Source: Candidatus Methylomirabilota bacterium
Lineage (GTDB): Bacteria > Methylomirabilota > Methylomirabilia > Rokubacteriales > CSP1-6
Assembly: GCA_046726415.1 (NCBI GenBank)
Contig: JBKPAK010000087.1
Span: forward strand, 1-19,788
DNA: 19,788 nucleotides
Direction: 5' to 3'
The notes beneath the pieces were generated by a model. That model saw only the letters and a list, made by a program, of their open reading frames with translations, was not told where the DNA came from and ran no database searches. Both the position numbers and the translations under genes were made by a program. The first letter of the stretch is position 1, and every line of letters begins with the position of its first letter. This document shows, one piece after another, positions 8,541-16,956 of this stretch.

Positions 8541-9301
8541 TTCGTTCGTCTAGGCCTGCCGTACCTCGCCCGAGGCCGCAAGCGCGCGCCCCGCCCCCGC
8601 CAGCTGAAGCTCTTCGAGAAGCCGAACCCCGGCGATTCCGTCCAGGTGGATGTGAAGGTCGTCAAGCTGGCGGGGCGGAAGGCCTACCAATACACGGCCA
8701 TCGATGACTGCACCCGCTTCCGCGTGCTGCGCCTCTATCGCGAGCTCAACCAGCGCTCGAGTGTGGACTTCCTCGGCGAGGTACGTCGCGCGCTGCCCTT
8801 CCCAATCCACCAGCTCCAGTGCGACAACGGGACGGAGTTCTCCCTCTCGTTCGCGCTCACGGTGCAGGAGGCGGGGATCAAGCTGCGGTACATCCGGCCC
8901 CGGCACCCGCAGCAGAACGGCAAGGTCGAGCGGAGTCACCGGATCGACGCCGAGGAATTCTGGCGGCGGGAGGCGCCGCCGAACTTCCTGACGGCACTTT
9001 CGGCGCTTCAGGCCTGGGAACGCCGCTACAACTTTGAGCGCTTCCCGGTCGCCCTTAAGGCGAGACACCGGCGGAGAAGCTCCAACGTCTGCTCTCCGAC
9101 GCAAAAGTCGCGTGAGCCCCTTGAGGGCGAGGGCCGTAGCCTCGAGGATCGACGATCTCCAGCCGGGCCATACCCCCGGTACCCCTTCGCCCAGTCGTTC
9201 TCGCGCGTGCCGCGGCGCTCCGGACTCTCACTCGCGCCCGCGGTCACCGCTCCATAATCGCGACCTCTCACAGGGGCCGATTCAAAATGAGTTTGAACAC
9301 A
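8541..9301 (+). mobile_element. IS481-family element, 3' part (transposase core without the N-terminal HTH, plus right end)
   Basis: DDE core PGDSVQVDVK, YTAIDDCTR, QCDNGTEF, PQQNGKVERSHR and YNFER. A shift at about 9059 restores GETPAEKL...* (TGA ends 9115). Candidate terminus ...GAGTTTGAACACA ends at 9301. Confidence 0.8.
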
Positions 9302-9336
9302 TGGTGCCGTGATTCCGAGTTCGGCGCCTGATGCGA

Positions 9337-9822
9337 GTCGACGACGCCGACCCGGCGTGGGGAGCGGAACGCGGCGAGGCCTTGAAGCTGGCGGTTCGAC
9401 TGCTCCTGGAGAACCTCTGGCCGTCGGAACACGCGGCGTATGTTCGCCGTGAGACGTTGACCTACCCCTATCTGGATCTCCCAGCTCAGCGAGGAGAACG
9501 CCAGGTGGTAACCCGCGCTCGGAAGCACATCGACGACGGGCGCCGCGCGCCCGTGGGCTCAGTCGAGCGACGGCGCCTCCTGCACGCCTTCATCGTCGCG
9601 GCCCGACGGGGAGATCTCGCGGCGCTGGAAGATCGGCTCGCTGCGGACGTCGTGTCGTACTCGGATGGCGGTGAGCTCGTGCGCGCGGCCCGGAACCCAT
9701 TGGTCGGGCGTGCCCGCGTCGGGAAGTTCATCGCGGCGGTCACTTCACGCTATTGGAGCGACGCGACGCTCGCCTGGATCGAGGCCAACGGGCAACCGTC
9801 CGTGCTCTTCTCGCGTTCTGGA
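9337..9822 (+). pseudogene. ECF41/SigJ-type sigma factor remnant (degenerate region 4 plus SnoaL-like C-terminal domain)
   Basis: DPAWGAERGEALKLAVRLLLE...RQVVTRARKHI...AFIVAARRGDLAALEDRLAADVVSYSDGG...GRARVGKF...ANGQP. Region 2 is absent, the HTH is partly deleted and the C-terminal end is missing. Confidence 0.8.
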
Positions 9823-9829
9823 GAACGTC

Positions 9830-10597
9830 ATGCCACGATTGCAGCGTAAGAGCTTCACCGCCCCCGATCAGGTCCGGACCTTCGCGAGGGGACGCGTGGA
9901 GATCATCCTGCTCGACGAGATCGAGATCGGCGGCTTCGCATTGCAGCCGGGCTGGCGTTGGTCGAAGGACGTGGCGCCGATCGTTCGCACGCGCTCTTGC
10001 CAGGACCGGCACCTCGGCTATGCGATCTCGGGATCGCTCGAGGTAACCATGGACGACGGCACGAAGCTTGTCATCGCCGCGGGCGACTGCTACGAGATTC
10101 CGCCAGGGCACGAGGTCGAGGTGATCGGCGACGAGCCATGGGAATCGCTCGAGTTCGCGAGCGCTCACACCTTTGGGCTGGCACCAGAGGAGCTCGGGGA
10201 GCGCGTGCTGGCGACCGTGCTCTTTAGCGACATCGTTGGCTCGACCGCGGTCCTTGAGCGCGTCGGCGATCACGCATGGGCCGGTGTGCTCCGGGAGCAC
10301 AACGCGAGGCTCCGAGCGGCGATCGATCGCTTCAGAGGCCGGGAGGTCGTGTCCACCGGCGACGGCTTCCTCGCGCTCTTCGACGGCGCGGCAAAGGCGG
10401 TCCGTGCCGGGCAGCCGCGCGGCGTCGGCGTTCACGCAGCGGCACGGGTGGCGGCGCTCGCCGGTCCAGGCGAGGTTCTCGTCTCCGGCACGACGCGCGA
10501 TCTCCTCGATGGCTCGGGCTTGGTTCTGGACCCGCGCGGCGACTACGAGCTCAAGGGTCTCAGCGGGACGCGCACGATCTTCGCGCTGCGACGGTAA
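9830..10597 (+). CDS. Cupin domain / class III adenylate-guanylate cyclase fusion with an apparent in-frame deletion
   Basis: GGAG RBS and ATG at 9830. Cupin: LQPGWRWS...SCQDRHLGYAISG...YEIPPGH. Cyclase: ERVLATVLFSDIVGST, TGDGFLALFD, GVHAAARVAALAGPGEVLVS and ELKG. The IRAGLHTGE segment is absent at about 10410. Confidence 0.85.
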   Translation: MPRLQRKSFTAPDQVRTFARGRVEIILLDEIEIGGFALQPGWRWSKDVAPIVRTRSCQDRHLGYAISGSLEVTMDDGTKLVIAAGDCYEIPPGHEVEVIGDEPWESLEFASAHTFGLAPEELGERVLATVLFSDIVGSTAVLERVGDHAWAGVLREHNARLRAAIDRFRGREVVSTGDGFLALFDGAAKAVRAGQPRGVGVHAAARVAALAGPGEVLVSGTTRDLLDGSGLVLDPRGDYELKGLSGTRTIFALRR

Positions 10598-10731
10598 TGG
10601 GTGTCGGCGCTGGTCTCCGCGCTCTTCACGCCGGTTGACACGGACGACGGCACGGTCGGGCTGTTTTGGCCGTCCTGCCTCGGCCACTTCCAGATCCATC
10701 CCATCAGCGCCAGCGTCACGGGCTTCTGGAC

Positions 10732-10794
10732 GGCGCGCCGGTAGCTCCGGGCCCGGGCGATGGCCAGGAAGACCCGGAGCCTCGGGAGCGTCAT
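10732..10794 (-). pseudogene. First 21 codons of a LysR-type regulator HTH
   Basis: MTLPRLRVFLAIARARSYRRA matches the LysR N-terminal pattern; unrelated sequence follows. Confidence 0.6.
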
Positions 10795-10812
10795 GCCGCA
10801 AGCAGGCGGCCG

Positions 10813-11018
10813 TCAGGGCGCGGTGGCGGCCGGCCCCAGGAGCGCCCCGTTGAGGAGGGTGCGCGGGGTGACTAGCACGGGCTTCACCAGGGCCTGCATG
10901 ACAAAGCAGCCGCGCTCGGCGTTGCGCACCACGCGCGCCACGCGCACGGGCGGGTCCGGCGAGTCGATCTCCAGCGTGGTCTCCGCGCCCAGCATCCCGG
11001 CCCTGGATGGTGTCGTTC
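10813..11018 (-). pseudogene. C-terminal fragment of a probable OsmC-like protein
   Basis: GMLGAETTLEIDSPDPPVRVARVVRNAERGCFVMQALVKPVLVT resembles the OsmC/Ohr C-terminal strand-helix carrying the second Cys. The N-terminal half is missing. Confidence 0.45.
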
Positions 11019-11089
11019 GAGCGTAGGCGACAAAAGGGCCCCCTTTATTGGACGCCACCCCCTCCTCTGCCTCCCCTAGAGGCAGGCGG

Positions 11090-11316
11090 TGACAGCACGG
11101 CCTTGATCACGAAGCCGCCATCGATGTCCCGCCGGAAGTAGTCGCTGTCGGAGACCGAGGCCGCGTTGGTGGGTGCGAGGAGAAGCGCGATGGCGTCCAG
11201 GATCGTGGTCTTGCCAACGTCGCCACCGCCGAGAATGACGTTGATACCGGGGCGGGGTGCCATTGAAGGAGTTTGATGCCGCGGAAGCGCTCGATGCTGA
11301 GATACCGGATGATGGG
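11090..11316 (-). pseudogene. N-terminal fragment of an ABC/SMC-like ATPase (OLD-family ATP-dependent nuclease-like)
   Basis: PIIRYLSIERFRGIKLLQWHP, a shift at about 11250, then PGINVILGGGDVGKTTILDAIALLL (Walker A)...SDSDYF. Ends after about 75 aa. Confidence 0.75.
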
Positions 11317-11685
11317 GCAGGCGATCTGGGATGAGGCTTGAGTCGACTGTGCCACGGCGATCATGAGCGGCGCCAAGACCCGGCTCTGGTCTTGACCGTT
11401 GGCTCGGGGTAGTGGTCCGTCTTGCGCTTGGGGTTCCGATTGAACCGGCGCTTTCTGCGAGCATCTGCGGGCAGCGACGAGCGATGGTGGCCGCTCGAGA
11501 GCAAGCCAAAGTGGGAGACGTGATAGTGGCCTCCCTCTTCATGGAGGGCGCTGTCTTTGTTCATGAACCGCCGCTCGGCGGCGTAACTCTGAGCGAGTGC
11601 GGCCTGGAGAGGACTATCGCCTGCCAATTGCTGCGCAGTTACCAGGTGGACGACGGCGGAGGGCGGGCGGACGGCCGAGGAGGAT

Positions 11686-11714
11686 GACCCCGGCCGTCCG
11701 GTGGGGCCGGGGTC
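11686..11714. other. GC-rich hairpin (possible terminator or REP-like element)
   Basis: GACCCCGGCC (11686-11695) and GGCCGGGGTC (11705-11714) form a perfect 10-bp inverted repeat; no U-tract. Confidence 0.4.
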
Positions 11715-11777
11715 CACACTAAGAGGCATCCACAGAGTTCAGGCGACTAAGAGTTCGATGAAAGGGACGGAAATCGC

Positions 11778-12695
11778 ATGGCCGATAACGGATCGATCCT
11801 CGTAACCGGGGCAGCCGGTCAACTCGGCGCGGTCGGGCGAACCGTGACCGGCCTGCTCCTCGATCGCGGGCTTCCGGTTCGCGCCATGGTCCGCCGCGAA
11901 GACGACCGGGCGGCGGCCTTGCGGGCCGCTGGCGCCGAGGTGGTGGTCGGAGACCTACTCGAACCGGCCGACGTCTATCGGGTCGTCAGCGGCTGTCGGC
12001 GAGTCTACTTCGGCATGTCCGTGTCCGCAGGGTACCTGGAGGCGACCGTGACCATGGCGGCGGTCGCCCGGGAAGGCGGCGTGAACGCTCTGGTCAACAT
12101 GTCCCAGATGACAGTCTCCCAGATGAGCATCCAGAACACCACCCCAAGCCCTCAGCAGCGGCAGCACTGGCTCAGCGAGCAGGCGCTCGGGTGGTCCGGC
12201 CTGCCGGTCGTCACCATCCGGCCGACGGTCTTCCTGGAGGGCTTCTTCCTCCGCTTCGCCGGTCCGACCGTCCGCGCCCGAGGCCGCATCGAAGTGCCGT
12301 TCGGGCGGGGCAAGACCTCTCCGGTTGCCGCGGCTGATGTCGCTCGGGTAGTCGCTGTCGTCCTCGCCGACCCTGGGCCGCACCTGGGCCGGATATACGA
12401 ACTCACCGGTCCGCGGTCGCAGGACATGCACGGGGTCGCCCGGGAATACTCGGACGCGTTGAACCGTGAGGTCACGTACTCTGACATCCCCCCCGAGGAG
12501 TGGGAACGGGGGCTGAAAAGGGAGGGGTTGCCGGAGCACCTGACCCGGCATCTGGTGACGATGGCCGAGTTGCACCGGGCGGGTCGGTATGACCGGCTGG
12601 CGGACGGCGTGGAGCGGGTGACCGGCCGGCCGGCGATGAGCGTCCGGGAATTTGTGTCGCTTCACGCGGATGAGTTCGGCGGTCGTCGATCTTAA
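11778..12695 (+). CDS. NmrA-like atypical SDR / NAD(P)H-binding protein
   Basis: ILVTGAAGQLG, GAEVVVGDL, TIRPTVF, PVAAADVARV and YELTGP; 305 aa, intact. Confidence 0.92.
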   Translation: MADNGSILVTGAAGQLGAVGRTVTGLLLDRGLPVRAMVRREDDRAAALRAAGAEVVVGDLLEPADVYRVVSGCRRVYFGMSVSAGYLEATVTMAAVAREGGVNALVNMSQMTVSQMSIQNTTPSPQQRQHWLSEQALGWSGLPVVTIRPTVFLEGFFLRFAGPTVRARGRIEVPFGRGKTSPVAAADVARVVAVVLADPGPHLGRIYELTGPRSQDMHGVAREYSDALNREVTYSDIPPEEWERGLKREGLPEHLTRHLVTMAELHRAGRYDRLADGVERVTGRPAMSVREFVSLHADEFGGRRS

Positions 12696-12706
12696 AGGTC
12701 CGCCAC

Positions 12707-12804
12707 GCCGAACAACGCGCTGCAGCCGACCGGGGCCGCGCTTACGGCTTTCCAGGGTAGTCGTCTCAGCAGGCGGCCCCGGCGGCTGAGCTGAGGCGTT
12801 CGGC
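12707..12804 (+). mobile_element. Integron attC recombination site (98 bp)
   Basis: R'' GCCGAAC 12707-13, 5-bp spacer, L'' GCTGCAGC 12719-26, stem to 12739, 33-nt loop, stem from 12773, L' GCTGAGC 12785-91, 6-bp spacer, R' GTTCGGC 12798-804. Unpaired bases at 12722 and 12729. Starts 11 bp after a stop codon. Confidence 0.85.
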
Positions 12805-12827
12805 GAACAGCTGGGTGGGAGTGGGGC

Positions 12828-13763
12828 ATGAAGGCGATCCGTCTCCACGCTCGCGGTGGACCCGAGGCTTTCGCCTATGAGGAGGCACCGCAGCCTCGTC
12901 CCGGAGAAGGCGAGGTGCTGGTCCGGGTGCATGCCGCGGCCGTGACCCCCACCGAACTCGTGTGGGTGCCGACGTGGACGACACCAACGGGCGAGCCGCG
13001 CCGGTTCCCGATCATCTTGGGCCACGAGTTCTCGGGGGAGGTTGCCGCGGTCAGCGACGGGGTCACGGATGTGGCCGTCGGGAATCCCGTGTACGGACTC
13101 AACGACTGGTTCGGCGACGGTGCCCTGGCCGAGTACTGCGTGGCCCGGGCGGCCGAGGTCGCCCCGAAGCCGCGTTCTGTTGATCACCTCGCGGCCGCCG
13201 TAACGCCGATCTCGGCGATCACGGCTTGGCAGGGACTCATCGGGCGAGCCCGCCTCGCGGCCGGGGAGCGCGTCTTGGTCCACGGCGCGGCGGGCGGCGT
13301 CGGCGTCTTCGCCGTGCAACTGGCACGCTGGCGCGGGGCAACCGTGATCGGCACGGCCTCGGCGCATAACGCGGCGTTTGTGCGCGGCCTGGGCGCAGAC
13401 GAGGTGATCGACTACCGGGCCGTGCGCTTCGAGGATATCGCCCGCGGGATCGACGTAGTGTTCGACACGGTCGGCGGCGAGACGCTCGACCGCTCCTGGG
13501 GCGTCCTGAAGCCCGGCGGCCGGCTCGTCACCATTGCCGCCTCCGTCGAGGGCTCCCCGGACCCCCGCACACGCGAGGCATTTTTCATTGTGCGGCCGGA
13601 TCGCGGGCAACTCAACGAAATCACCCGCCTGATCGACGCCGCGCAACTCCGGCCGGTGGTAGATCGTGTATTTCCCCTCGCCCGGGCGCGTCAGGCGTAC
13701 GAGCACAAGCCCGCCCGCGGCAAGGTCGTTCTAAGCGTGGCTGACGGAGAGGGCGCACAATAG
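12828..13763 (+). CDS. NADP-dependent MDR oxidoreductase (quinone oxidoreductase / zeta-crystallin-like)
   Basis: MKAIRLH, GEVLVRVHAAAV, ILGHEFSGEV, VLVHGAAGGVG, LGADEVIDY, DVVFDTVGG and RGKVVL; no Zn-Cys cluster. Confidence 0.93.
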   Translation: MKAIRLHARGGPEAFAYEEAPQPRPGEGEVLVRVHAAAVTPTELVWVPTWTTPTGEPRRFPIILGHEFSGEVAAVSDGVTDVAVGNPVYGLNDWFGDGALAEYCVARAAEVAPKPRSVDHLAAAVTPISAITAWQGLIGRARLAAGERVLVHGAAGGVGVFAVQLARWRGATVIGTASAHNAAFVRGLGADEVIDYRAVRFEDIARGIDVVFDTVGGETLDRSWGVLKPGGRLVTIAASVEGSPDPRTREAFFIVRPDRGQLNEITRLIDAAQLRPVVDRVFPLARARQAYEHKPARGKVVLSVADGEGAQ

Positions 13764-13792
13764 TTCGCCCATCGTCGAGTAATCCATGACGG

Positions 13793-13806
13793 GCCGAACC
13801 AGGCAC
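13793..13806 (+). other. Possible truncated attC left end (R'' plus spacer)
   Basis: GCCGAAC-CAGGC-AC lies 29 bp after the MDR stop. It has the same R'' as the first attC and is the exact complement of the GTTCGGC preceding this gene. Confidence 0.45.
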
Positions 13807-13828
13807 GGAAAGTACAAGGAGGAAAGCA

Positions 13829-14221
13829 ATGACGAAGGTGCTGATCGCATTATGCCTGGCGGCGGCTACCGCCGCGGCTACCGCCGCGGCTCAAGAGGCC
13901 AAAGTGACGCCGCTAATGACGCAGGAACTGGCGGGAATAGGCGGCAAAGAGGGCACGATGGCCATGGTGGAGTACGCGCCGGGCGGGTCGGACGCTGCGC
14001 ACCGGCACAATGCTTATGTGTTTGTCTATGTGCTGGAAGGGGCAGTGGTGATGCAGGTGAAGGGTGGGAAGGAAGTGACACTGGGGCCGGGCCAGACATT
14101 CTATGAGGCGCCGGAAGACGTGCACACGGTCTCCCGGAATGCCAGCACTACAAAGCCTGCCAAGTTCCTGGTGTTCTTTGTGAAGCAGAAGGGGGCTCCG
14201 CTTACCGTGCCGGCAAAGTGA
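13829..14221 (+). CDS. Secreted cupin domain protein
   Basis: AAGGAGG RBS; signal peptide ending AAA-QE; VEYAPGGSDAAHRH...YVLEG...GPGQTFYEAPEDVH cupin motifs. Confidence 0.9.
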   Translation: MTKVLIALCLAAATAAATAAAQEAKVTPLMTQELAGIGGKEGTMAMVEYAPGGSDAAHRHNAYVFVYVLEGAVVMQVKGGKEVTLGPGQTFYEAPEDVHTVSRNASTTKPAKFLVFFVKQKGAPLTVPAK

Positions 14222-14397
14222 TCGGTTGGATGTCCTGTCCTTCGCCTAAATTCCATCCGCCCGACCTAGCGGCTATCCGGGACCTGGGCTGGCAGTGCGT
14301 CGTCGATCCCCGAAGCAGAGGAGGACGGTCTCATGTGCCATCACCGTTAACCATCCTGATGATCCAACAACATGTAGAGAAAGAGAAGGAGCCTACA

Positions 14398-14907
14398 GTG
14401 GCATACGCAGTGAAAACCACACCGGCAGGACCCACCGTACCCGGCAGAAGCCTCAGCAGCACCATTCGGACAGTCGGTGTCCACCTCATGCGCTATGGGC
14501 TCGTGCTCGTCGTGGCCTGGATCGGGGCCATGAAGTTCACGGCTTACGAGGCCAACGGCATTCAGCCCCTGGTGGCCAACAGTCCCTTCATGGGCTGGGT
14601 GTATCACGTCTTAAGCATCCAAGCATTCTCAAACGTCTTGGGCGTCGTGGAACTCGCCATCGCCCTAACGATCGCCCTGCGACCGCTGTCGGCCGCAGTG
14701 GCGGCGGTTGGGAGCGGGGCAGCGGCGGTGATGTTCCTCACAACGCTGAGCTTTCTCGTGTCAACCCCCGGCTGGGAGCCAAGCCTCGGCGGATTTCCAG
14801 CGCTCTCTGTCGCGCCGGGGCAGTTCCTGCTCAAGGATGTCGTCCTCCTTGGCGCCGCACTCTGGTCGTTGGGAGAGGCGCTGCAAGCGATCGGGCGCGG
14901 GCTATAA
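14398..14907 (+). CDS. DUF417 / YkgB (RclC-like) inner membrane protein
   Basis: AGAAGGAG RBS before the GTG at 14398; RYGLVLVVAWIGAMKFTAYEANGIQPLVANSPFMGWVY, FLTTLSFL and GQFLLKD signature segments. Confidence 0.88.
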   Translation: MAYAVKTTPAGPTVPGRSLSSTIRTVGVHLMRYGLVLVVAWIGAMKFTAYEANGIQPLVANSPFMGWVYHVLSIQAFSNVLGVVELAIALTIALRPLSAAVAAVGSGAAAVMFLTTLSFLVSTPGWEPSLGGFPALSVAPGQFLLKDVVLLGAALWSLGEALQAIGRGL

Positions 14908-15028
14908 ATGGTTAAAATCTGCCCGCCCTCAGCGTGCGGTCGAGGATGAACGCCACGCTGAATATGGCGGGGTCTTCTGTCAAGTATCAGATCTGCGCCG
15001 TAGCAGACGACTTACGGAGGACACGACG

Positions 15029-16497
15029 ATGATAGTGAAATTATTACCCGCAGATGCACATAACGAACGCACGATCAACCAGGGCCACCCGCCGAATTGG
15101 CAGAACCCGCCCGGCGGCAACTACGATCTTGTGGTTCTCGGCGGAGGTCCAGCCGGGTTGATTGCCGCTCTGACGGCCGCGGGGGGCGGCCACCGGGTCG
15201 CCATGACTGAGAAGCTGTTGACTGGCGGGACCTGCGTCAACTTCGGCTGTACGCCAAGCAAGGCACTGATCCGCTGCGCTCGCGCAGTCCACGAGGCCAG
15301 GCGGGGAGCTGATTTCGCCTTCCGGCTCAACACACCCCCGCAAGTCGATTTCGCCAAGGTCATGGAACGAGTCCGCCGCATCCGGTCCATGAGCAGCGCC
15401 GGCGACGCCGTTCAATTGGTTGCCGGGGCAGGGGTAGACGTCTACCTCGGTCACACCCGCTTTACCAAGCCGAACACAGTGGCGGTAGACGGTCGCGAGC
15501 TGCGTTTCAACAAGGGGGTTGGGTGCTTGCGACTGGCTCGCGCCCCGCAGCCCCGACCATCGAGGGGCTCCGAGAGGGCGAGTACTTGAACAACGAAAGC
15601 GTCTTTTCACTGACTGAGCTTCCCCGGAGGCTGGTGGTACTTGGGGGCGGGCCGATGGGCAGCGAATTAGCTCAGGCATTTCTCTACTTGGCAGCGAGGT
15701 GGACCTTGTCCACTCCAGGAACAACCTGTTGCCGAAAGACCAGCCGGAGGCGGGCGAGGTGCTGCGCCGCCGGTTAGAGCGCGATGGAATTCGCCTGCAT
15801 TTGGGATTTAGGGCGGTGCTGGCGGCGAAGGGCCGGCTGACGGTCCGGGGCCAGGCCGAAACGCGGGAACTTGAATATGACGCGCTTCTGCTGGGCATCG
15901 GGCGCAGGGCAAACGTAGACGACCTAGGGCTGGAGGCCGCGGAAATACGAGTAAAAGATGGGGCCGTGGAGGTCGATGCGTTTCTGCGGACAAGCAACCC
16001 GGCAGTCTACGCCGCCGGTGACGTGGCGTTCCCGGAAAAGTGCACTCACGCAGCGATGGCGACGGCGCGGTTGTGCGTGGCGAACGCCCTGGACGGAGCG
16101 AACCACCCGGCGCGCGACTTGGTCATTCCGCATTGCACCTACACCGACCCTGAGGTAGCCACCGTCGGCTTGACCCGCTCCGGGCGGCCGAGGAGGGGGT
16201 CGCCTTGGGGACACACACCGCCTGGAACTTTCAAAGGTGGAGTGGGCATTTATTGATGGTGAAGAGGAGGGGTTCGCGGCGGTCTACACCCGCAAAGCGA
16301 CCGGCGGGATCGTCGGGGCGACATTGGTGGCGGCGCACGCCGGGGAGATGATCAGCGAGCTGACGCTGGCTGTCACGAGCAAACTGTCGATGGAGGCGCT
16401 GGCTGAGACGGTCCACTGCTATCCTACACAGGCAGAGGTGTTTCAGCGGATCGCGCTGGAATACGTTAAGTCGGCGAAGCAGACGTCCGGGCGCTGA
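15029..16497 (+). CDS. Flavin-dependent pyridine nucleotide-disulfide oxidoreductase (MerA/Lpd/RclA superfamily), multiply frameshifted
   Basis: GGAGG RBS; YDLVVLGGGPAG, GGTCVNFGCTPSK, ATGSRP, VVLGGGPMGSE, VYAAGDV, YTDPEVATVG and HCYPTQAE. Shifts at about 15520, 15690, 16175 and 16208 spread it over four track ORFs. Confidence 0.88.
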
Positions 16498-16956
16498 AGC
16501 TGCGACTGTCGTTTCCTAACGCATCCTGAGGCAGTCACCTGACCGACGTGGACATTTCGTTGTGCCTCGCCTCCTGCGCCGGCCGGGCCAGTGACTGTGC
16601 GAGGAAACGAGCACAATGAGCATGACGAAAGATAAATTCCATGCCCATCTCGTAACAGATGCGCGAATGCCAACGTGGACCTAGCGGAGTCGCCGCGCCC
16701 GGTGGTTCCGCGCCTAGTACTATGGCCTATGCCTCGACGACATCGAGCGCGGCGAACTGCGGCCGAAGCTCTTGGCCGTACGGGAGGCCGGTGGCATCCG
16801 CACGGACCACGAAATCCATGAGGGGAGTGAAGGGGCCCCGATGGCCTGCTGATCTACGCTCAATACCATGACGCTTCTCGCTTGCGCACCGCGGCGCGGG
16901 TTACACTCCGTCGCCCCAGCTCTCGCCAGCCGCCGCGTCTCGGACCCCCACGTCGA

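Noticed and set aside
11412-11687. 91-aa ORF upstream of the NmrA-like gene
   Set aside because: No recognisable motif or convincing RBS; it cannot be supported, though a remnant is not excluded.
11737-11759. GTTCAGGC / GTTCGAT as the R' opening the NmrA cassette
   Set aside because: Imperfect matches with no upstream attC stem; too weak to call.
11955-13706. 583-aa minus-strand ORF (and similar 9740-10801 and 3771-4607 ORFs)
   Set aside because: Antisense shadows of real high-GC genes, with no recognisable motifs.
15029-16497. Assignment as merA (mercury resistance)
   Set aside because: No C-terminal Cys-Cys pair, no NmerA domain and no merR/T/P genes nearby.
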